Positions 56,048 through 64,000 of a stretch of DNA of 64,000 nucleotides are shown here, in pieces (position 1 is the first letter of the stretch; each line of letters starts with the position of its first letter). The notes beneath the pieces are model-generated. The model did no database searches. It worked only from the letters and a program-made list of their open reading frames with translations, and was not told the DNA's origin. The DNA is taken from assembly GCA_951406725.2 (NCBI GenBank), contig OX597818.1, positions 117,490,001 through 117,554,000 on the forward strand, in the 5' to 3' direction. Source of the stretch: Octopus vulgaris. Its lineage: Eukaryota. The position numbers and the translations under genes were made by a program.

Positions 56048-56287
56048 GCGCCCTTTTTAAAGCCTAACCAGCCTCATGGGCCCGGTTTCCCGGTTTCTAT
56101 GTTCCCCAGCTGGACGGAACACCAGTCCATCGCATCGTTACTCATTTTTGCCAGCTGAGTGGACTGGAGCAACGTGAAATGAAGTGTTTTGCTCAAGAAC
56201 ACAACGCGTCGCTCGGTTCAGGAATCGAAACCACAATCTTACGATCATGATGCTGTCACCCTAATCACTAGGCCACGCGCCTCCACC
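56048..56287 (-). mobile_element. SINE head B plus tail Z
   Basis: CTGGAGCAACGTGAAATGAAGTGTTTTGCTCAAGAACACAACG (CORE-like, reverse); tail as in 51065. Confidence 0.88.
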
Positions 56288-58577
56288 GATATAAAAATAT
56301 TGTAATAGATATCTTGTGCGTTAAAATGAGCGTCTTAGTTATAGCTGAGCGTTTTCGATTGACAGTCAACTCAATGCGTAACAAGAGACTAAAACCAACA
56401 GCAACAACCACAACAAGAATAAGAAAGTGTACACATTACACACCACAAATACTTCAGTTTTAGCTCATGTACAAGTAGAATACTTTGTATATCATAACAA
56501 CCCACTTTACGGTATCGATTCTTTAGAAATTGATATACGAATGTTCAACCGTTCGGTATAATTGGAATCTTTTAAGGAATACAACTGCAAAAATATACCA
56601 AACCAAAGAATCAATGAAGTAAAAAAAAAAAGAGTGGAGAAAAATTGGGAAAGTTGTGATGTACCAAATATATACATGGTATTGAAATAGAAATTACGAG
56701 GTGACTGCAACGTAAATAGTAGTTAAAATATCTAAACTCAAAGATACGTAGAAAGTTTTTCTCTTTATTTTTTAATTAGAATTTAGTTTTTGAAAAAAAT
56801 TGTTACTAAATATATCGTTGCACTATTTAAATGTATATAATCAGCAGAAATAAATTTAGTAGACTTTAAATATCTCTTTAAATAATTAAAATGATAAATT
56901 ACACGGTGTGCGTAGGTGCGTGTATGTTTGTGCGCGCGCGCAGGTGTAAATAAAAATATATTCATGCTTTTATGACGTTCTATATACATGTGCAGACACG
57001 AACACAAACACACACATATGCAAGTAAGGATGTGTATGTGTGTGTAGGTGTGTGAGTGAGTATGCGTAATTGTGAGTGGATATGTCGACGTCTGAGTGTG
57101 CAAACATGTATATGTGTGCATAGATTTATCATCCCGATATTGGTCACCCGTACATTTATATTGTTTACTATACTGATTCGTACAAATATAGAGTGAAAAA
57201 CAAATCAATACTAAAATTACATACAAACATATATTATATATAGATATATATACCATGTGTATATGCATATTTTCATACATATATACGCACATACACAGAC
57301 AGCAATGGAACGGAGCCTTTTTCTCGATTGTCTCGAATCTGAAGTCAATATAATGAGATGTAAGTATGCTTCGATGCTAAATATAAACTCGTTCAATGTA
57401 ACATAACTTTTTTATTTATTTCTTTACCACTGAATATTAATCAGAGAACATCCAAATTATAAAATCTATTCAGTAGATCGAAAATGCATAAATTATAACT
57501 CAAACCTGAATTAGCATAATAAATGCGCACATTTAGGGGAGAATAGAGAAGGCAAAATTACATACAAAATATTCTTAGGGATATTTTGTGGAGTGTTTAT
57601 GCGGCCACTGTAAATCTTTAGGTGATCCCTATTGATGACCTGAGGAGTGGCAGGTCTGGGGGAGATCATTTCTAATTTATGCTGTGGTTTATTGTCAGTA
57701 AATCAATTACTATATGGTCTAGTGTATTAATTTGCTTGGAAGCCTATAATGCTAACAATGCCCTGCCTATGGATAACTTGGAGTAAATTGTCCAAAGTAC
57801 CATCCCCAATTTAACTCGGCAAACATTGATTAAGTGATATAAGTGATTCGTTGAAGAGATAACGTCATCAAAAGTTCAATACACAATAATGTTTTACAGC
57901 AATAATGTGTACAATGGTACATAGGGCCAATACTAGGAGGTTGATTGAAACAAAGTTTACATCAAGCGTATACAAATTATGCACAAACTTCAAACACAAC
58001 GTGTTTCTGGCAGTGAAAGTCTACGACCACTGAAAGCTCTGGTCAAATTTTCTGCAAGGAACATCATAAACGCATATTCTTCGCATTTTTGTTTCCACAA
58101 TTATTGATATATTATTATCTCTTTATAACAGGTTTTGTTGGAGCTCCAGGAGTTTTGAATGCGTCGCATGCTATTCATTCTTTTCAACTATCTAATACTT
58201 TCCGGATTATTATAAAAGTTCTACTGGGCACTGTGTTTCACTCTTGATCCGTCATTCAATTAGCGTTCAGCTTGTCTCCTTATACCACCTCCTTTGCTAC
58301 TGTTTTTTTTTTTTTGTACAAACAATCTCTGGATAGCAATATGACCTGCACTGCTCGACCACAGAGCACCTGCAGAGCGAAAGGTTCTCACCTTCGTTTC
58401 CAGCGTCATTAACACCGTTATTTGATACATTCCTATTATACATTTTCACACAATATCGAGGCATGTGTTTTAAGGTTAGGCACCAATCGGTATTTTTACT
58501 GAGACGCTATCTCTAGTGAAATTGTCAACCAAGACAGCGGAGTTCTTACTACCCATAAGTCGGGTCTGTTCCCTTTG

Positions 58578-58718
58578 CATAACAACAACAGCAACAGCAA
58601 CAACAACAACTATTATTATTATTATTATTATTATTGTTGTTATTATTATTATTATTATTATTGTTGTTGTTGTTGTTATTATTGCTGCTGTTGTTGTTGT
58701 TATTATTATTATTATTGC

Positions 58719-58796
<78 letters not shown>

Positions 58797-58810
58797 CATT
58801 ATTATTATTA
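58578..58810. repeat. Mixed trinucleotide microsatellite (AAC/ATT/GTT)n
   Basis: Directly visible. Confidence 0.95.
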
Positions 58811-59196
58811 GCAAACACACCTGTCCTTTGGACATTTTAAGTTGATTTGGTGGAATTTTTTTTCACCATATAATTGAACTACCGAAAAAATTTATGAGTA
58901 GCAAAGAAATATAGATTTCCCATTAACCTAGGAACGGAAAAATGAAATTGAAGGCTTGTTATTGTGGAGGTCATTGCACTTTAATGATCATGGTACATAA
59001 AAGTTTGCAAGCGATGCAAATTAGTGGTACTGAAGTGTTTTGGGAGTAGATTACTGATCATGACTACGAAATGTATTTGTTTGACATGAAAGTGAAATTT
59101 CTAGTCAGAAACAGCCATATAAATGGTATAACTACATTGAAGGAGCTACATGAAACTAACATTTGCCGGACAATGATGGTGATGCTGCGGCTGCTG

Positions 59197-59228
<32 letters not shown>

Positions 59229-59247
59229 GATGATGATGATAATAATA

Positions 59248-60108
59248 TCAGGTCATCCCATAAGTTCTGTCCGATTTTACTTTTTTTTAAAAATTGAATG
59301 AAATTTAATAGTATTTTAGAATGTCTAATGGAATTAAAATTATTTTTATGCATTTGTGTACATTTAAAGTAATTATATATTATTTTACGGAATAAGAGAA
59401 TTAAAATTGATTAAAACCATTTCTAACATGGAAATATCCAAAGAGCATTTGAGGCACATAATGATTTATGAGTACAAAAAAGGAAACTCTGCAGCCGAAG
59501 CGACTGGAAACATACATTCAGTTTATGGGAAAGAATGCTTGAATGAAAGAACTTGCAGGAGATGGTTTGCAAAATTCAGAAGTAGAGATTTCAGCCTTGA
59601 AGATGAAGATCAAACAGCACGTCCAGTTGAGTTTGATGATAAGCTCCTTGAGGCATTACTTGAAGAAAATCTTGCATTATCAGTTGAAGAATTGGCAATA
59701 AAGCTTTGTTCAAACCATGCAACTGTTCATCGTCATCTTCAACAACTTGGAGAGTTTTCTAAACTTGGGAAATGGGTGCCTCATGAATCGTCCGAAAGCA
59801 ACCGCAAATCCCGAGTTGACATCTGCTCTTCTCTCCATTTTCACGAACTCATTTCACCCTTTTTGGATAGACTTGAGACTGGTGACGAAAAATGGATATT
59901 CTATCGAAATGTTAAACGTCGTAAACAGTGGCTTGGTAAAAAGGAAAAAAGCTCATCCATAACCGAGAAGGGACCTTCATGGGCAAAAGGTTCCTCACTC
60001 TATCTGGTGGGATTGCAAAAGTGTAATTCACTTTGAATTGTTACCACCTAATGCAGCAATCAATGCTCAAGTCTACTGTCAACAATTAGAGCGTTTGAAC
60101 CAAGCTTT
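59248..60108 (+). mobile_element. Mariner DNA transposon, 5' TIR present, 3' truncated
   Basis: TA|TCAGGTCATCCCATAAGTTCTGTCCGATT left end, AT-rich 5' UTR, transposase from ATG 59428; no right TIR seen. Confidence 0.9.
59428..60108 (+). pseudogene. Mariner (Mos1/Hsmar1-like) transposase pseudogene
   Basis: MEISKEHLRHIMIYEYKKGNSAAEA..RTCRRWFAKFRS.DFSLED (HTH), WVPHE, TGDEKWIFY (first catalytic D); frameshift in an A-run near 59950, then WWDCKSVIHFELLP..INAQVYCQQLERL; truncated before the other catalytic aspartates. Confidence 0.93.
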
Positions 60109-60304
60109 TTTATTCGACCTTTTGAGCGGGTTGTGCTACTCAACCTGAAAAAAATTCTAACTGATCCCCAATGTCATGCGATGTTTGTCTTCATATGAAA
60201 TCACCATGTCGCGCTGATGTGGCTGTGAATCATGTGACGGGTAGTTATGATGTTTGTATTGGGCTTCTACTGCTATCTTCTTATCATGCGCTGCACTCTC
60301 ACTC
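60109..60304 (+). mobile_element. Partial, diverged third copy of the 554-bp (AAT)n element
   Basis: TTTGAGCGGG..G.GCTACTCAACCTG.A.AAAATTCTAACTG...ATCACCATGTCGCGC...CTCTCACTCAATAATAAT aligns to 17950-18190. Confidence 0.82.
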
Positions 60305-60453
60305 AATAATAATATAATTGCTCTCGATACAGGAGGGTTTACTTAAATATATTTTCCCTCAAGATATAACTGTTACTGCATTTCATCCAGAAGGAAAGAA
60401 AGCAATGAACGTTACGTGTTGGGAGAAATACAGAAGACATAATTTTCAAAGAC

Positions 60454-60476
60454 CTACTGCTGCTGCTGCTGCTGCA

Positions 60477-60552
<76 letters not shown>

Positions 60553-60922
60553 ATACTGCTGCTGCTGCAACTTCTACTATTATTACTGGTGCTGCTACTA
60601 CTATTAATGCTGCTAATACTACTACCACCACGACGACCACCACTACCACTACTACTACAGCTACCATCACCACCACCACCACTACTACTGTCACTGCTAC
60701 TGCTACTACTACTACTACTAATACTACAACTAGTACTACTACTATTACTACTACTATTAATACTACCGCTGCTACTACTACAACCACCACCGCCACTACT
60801 ACTACTACTATCACCTCCACCACCACCACCACCACTATTACTATTACTACTACTACCACTACTACTATAAATGACAATAACAACAAGAGAAACAACGATA
60901 CTACTACTACTACTACTACTAC

Positions 60923-60954
<32 letters not shown>

Positions 60955-60960
60955 ATAACA
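60454..60960. repeat. Mosaic trinucleotide array (ACT/ACC/GCT/AAT)n
   Basis: About 500 bp of in-phase trinucleotide variants. Confidence 0.95.
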
Positions 60961-61294
60961 GCGGCAATCAATTGCTGAAGTCATTGGAACATTAATGTCT
61001 GGTATAAATGATTAAGGCTGCGAATTCAATTTATTCCAGGCTCACGTAATACTGCTTTGTTTTGTTATATTTTAGCAGGAGATTGATCTATCGATTTTGC
61101 TGATCGATACATGGAACAAAGAAAAGATGAACTGTGATGCACAAAATTATAGATAGATAAACAGATAGGCATGCCTTTAAGTAGGCAGGCCAGTAAGTTA
61201 GACAGCGTGTCGTATGCATGCATATATATATATGTGTGTATGTATGGGTGCATGCGAGGTGTGTGTATGTATACACACATATATAAGCTGTTTG

Positions 61295-61339
<45 letters not shown>

Positions 61340-61381
61340 CTGTCTGTCTATATATATTTTTACGTGTGTGTATATATGTCT

Positions 61382-61418
<37 letters not shown>

Positions 61419-61585
61419 TGTATATATATATATACAAACAATATATATATGTATATATGTATATATATATATATGCACATGTATATATATATGCATATAT
61501 ATATATACATGTGAATACACAGATACATATATATGTGTGTGTATGTGTATATACATACAATGTATATATATACATATATATATAC

Positions 61586-61636
<51 letters not shown>

Positions 61637-61826
61637 ACACAGAGTTTGATCGAATCCCGTCATAATAGAGAGCATTGAGTTAGGTATCTCGGTAGCTACA
61701 TAGGCAGTTCGCTAAGGAGATCCTTAGATAAATAGATATATAGGTGTTAACCTCTAAGTAGATACTGAGGTAGCAACATATATATATACATGCATATATA
61801 GAGGCTCAGAATTACAAATATACATA

Positions 61827-62025
61827 TTCTTTTATTCTTTTACTGGTTTCGCTTATTTGACCGCGGCCATTTTTGATCACCGCCTTGCCGGGCTTTAGTT
61901 GAACAAATCGACTCCGCGTTTGGCATCTTAAGCCTAGCATGCATTCTATTGCCTCTCTTATAGAACCGCTAAGTTACGGGAAAGTAAACACACCATCACA
62001 GGTTGTCGAACGGTCATTGGTGACA
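61827..62025 (-). mobile_element. Diverged SINE family A, 3' half
   Basis: TTCTTTTACTGGTTTC...GCGGCCAT...CACCGCC...AAATCGAC...GAACCGCTAAGTTACGGG. Confidence 0.78.
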
Positions 62026-62029
62026 AATA

Positions 62030-62207
62030 TAGGTGTATGAACAACAAGCAAGTACATTAGTTTGACGCTCGAGAAAATTAGAATGTCTTTTACGTTTCGA
62101 GCCTACGCTCTCAAAAAAAAAAGTATTAAATAAAATAAAGGAATAAGTGAAATAAATAGGGAGAACGGAAAACGTTATAGATTTCAGCGGTCCAGCATGG
62201 CAAAAAT
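62030..62207 (-). mobile_element. Second copy of the 3660-3880 PLE-like fragment
   Basis: Plus strand TTACGTTTCGAGCCTACGCTC and AGATTTCAG.GGTCCA.CATGGCAAAA mirror the first copy. Confidence 0.75.
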
Positions 62208-62212
62208 CATAT

Positions 62213-62285
<73 letters not shown>

Positions 62286-62289
62286 TGAT

Positions 62290-62321
<32 letters not shown>

Positions 62322-62508
62322 CAATAATAAATCTCTGAACGAGATGTAAACAGTAACCGCTCGACAATGTAAAGTATAATAGCCATCTCAATATGGCTAA
62401 CCACAAACGGTGGGTGTCACTGTAGCTTTTAGCCCCAGGAGATCATCGTCTCCATCTGGCTTTAGGCACAATATCTGTGCCCTTATGGTATTTGCAAATA
62501 TAGATATA

Positions 62509-63383
62509 TAATTTAATAAATAAAATATATGCATACATACATACATATATGTACGTACCTACATCTACATGTATCTATACATGCATATATATATATATGA
62601 GTACAGGACAACACAAATAGACGTAGAACTCAACGAGAACGAAAACGTAAAAACAAACATGGAAACGGACTTTTTTTAACAACGAAAAAACAGAGTACAA
62701 GACAAACAATACAAGGAATATTCCCCTCCATCAGCTGTCCCTAGTTCGACTCCAAGCGTGTTTCGAAGGTAAGGACAGAACACGACCCGTCGAACCAGCC
62801 CTTCCTGCGAAAGAATTAAATAAAATTCCTTTGCAGAGGGGTAAAAGCAAGGAGAAAATGTGACAAGAACTGGACGTAAAAGCCATACGAATTAAAATAC
62901 AAAAAAAAAACAAATACAAAATAAAAATACAAATACAAAAAAATACAGTACAAATAAAGAATAAAATCGGGACAAAAAACCAACATCGAGGGCCTATTTT
63001 TAGCCTAGACGAGGAAAATTCAAGAGCTCAGGAAAAAAGCATGTTCACTTGTAGAAGGCCGCCGGCGAAAGTAAGTGGTCGACTCGGCTGTGAGAGAGAT
63101 GGGGAGGAGTGGGAGAGAGAGATAGAGAGGGAAGGAAACCAGAAGGGATGAAAAATAAGGAGAGAGACAGGCAAAGAGGAAGACAGACAGGAAGGAAGGG
63201 AAGGTCAAGCAAAAGGTTACAGAGTTTCGCGTCATAATTATATATAAAAACTTACTTGGAAAATAGAAAAGAAACGAAACGACGCGAGGGCGCTCAGTCA
63301 TGTAATAATTTAATAAATAAAATACATGCATACATACATATATGTACGTACCTATATCTACATGTATATATATATACCTGCAT
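62509..63383 (-). mobile_element. PLE-like element bounded by direct repeats of about 78 bp
   Basis: TAATTTAATAAATAAAATA.ATGCATACATAC..ATATATGTACGTACCTA.ATCTACATGTAT at 62509-62586 and 63306-63383; contains the permuted hammerhead. Confidence 0.6.
62721..62798 (-). ncRNA. Non-circularly permuted hammerhead ribozyme candidate, copy 2
   Basis: Minus strand: CTGGTTCGAC-GGGT-CGTGT-T-CTGTCC-TTA-CCTTC-GAA-ACACG-CTTGGA-GTCGAACTAG-GGACAG-CTGATGG-AGGGGAA. Confidence 0.65.
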
Positions 63384-63619
63384 GAATACAAAGTCTAGTT
63401 GTACTGAGAATGTTGGTGGGAAATATTGCTAGGTTTGTAGGTTTGTAACGAACAAGATCAATTTATGTACTCATCGCTGTGCATGACTGTGGAAGCATAC
63501 AGAATGATGAATAAATTACCCAGAAATCATTTTGTTTAAATTGCTGCAAACGAAAGAAATACAAACTGGTTCGATTCAATTCTCAATTTGTATTACCCTG
63601 CACACACACACACACACAC

Positions 63620-63666
<47 letters not shown>

Positions 63667-63748
63667 GTGTGTGTATGTGTATCTAAATTCAGGGTGTAGA
63701 ACAAGTAAAATGTGTGTTCGTTTGTAGGTATATATAATAATAATAATA

Positions 63749-63790
<42 letters not shown>

Positions 63791-63897
63791 TATTCCAAAC
63801 TTACAGGGAAAAATTCAATCTTTCTATAATATGTAATTTTCTGGATGGTGTAATTTAATTTTTCATTATTGAAGTGATAAAAGGTGGCTTTTTTCTA

Positions 63898-63950
<53 letters not shown>

Positions 63951-64000
63951 CTGCACTACAATATGCATATTTTATCCTTAAATTGAAGTTTGTTTTCTTG

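Noticed and set aside
59407-60036. SETMAR-like host gene
   Set aside because: No SET domain; has a TIR, a frameshift and a truncation, so it is a dead mariner copy.
60318-60995. 225-aa Thr-rich mucin-like ORF
   Set aside because: Built from a mosaic trinucleotide microsatellite open in several frames on both strands; non-ATG start, no signal peptide or flanking domain.

Overview
AT-rich, microsatellite-saturated eukaryotic non-coding DNA. The SINE repertoire strongly resembles that of octopus/cephalopod genomes (inference). No host protein-coding exon can be supported, and almost all ORF-track entries are translations of simple repeats. The window holds (i) about 30 copies of tRNA-headed SINEs from several families, some with clear target-site duplications and swapped head/tail modules; (ii) decayed LINE pieces (two CR1/L2-type 3' ends that share their tail with the commonest SINE, R4/Dong-like pieces, a Tx1-like end); (iii) a truncated, frameshifted mariner transposase with one TIR, plus MITEs; (iv) many Penelope-like (PLE-like) fragments sitting in or beside (AT)n tracts, often as fold-backs. 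The main hidden signal is RNA-structural: at least six unrelated repeat families carry hammerhead-ribozyme-like cores. These include minimal type I forms with palindromic stem III, a tRNA-headed SINE with a hammerhead in its tail, and two diverged copies (53046-53123 and 62721-62798, minus strand) of a hammerhead whose three strands are in a non-circularly permuted order, supported by several compensatory base-pair changes. All alignments and folds were done by eye.
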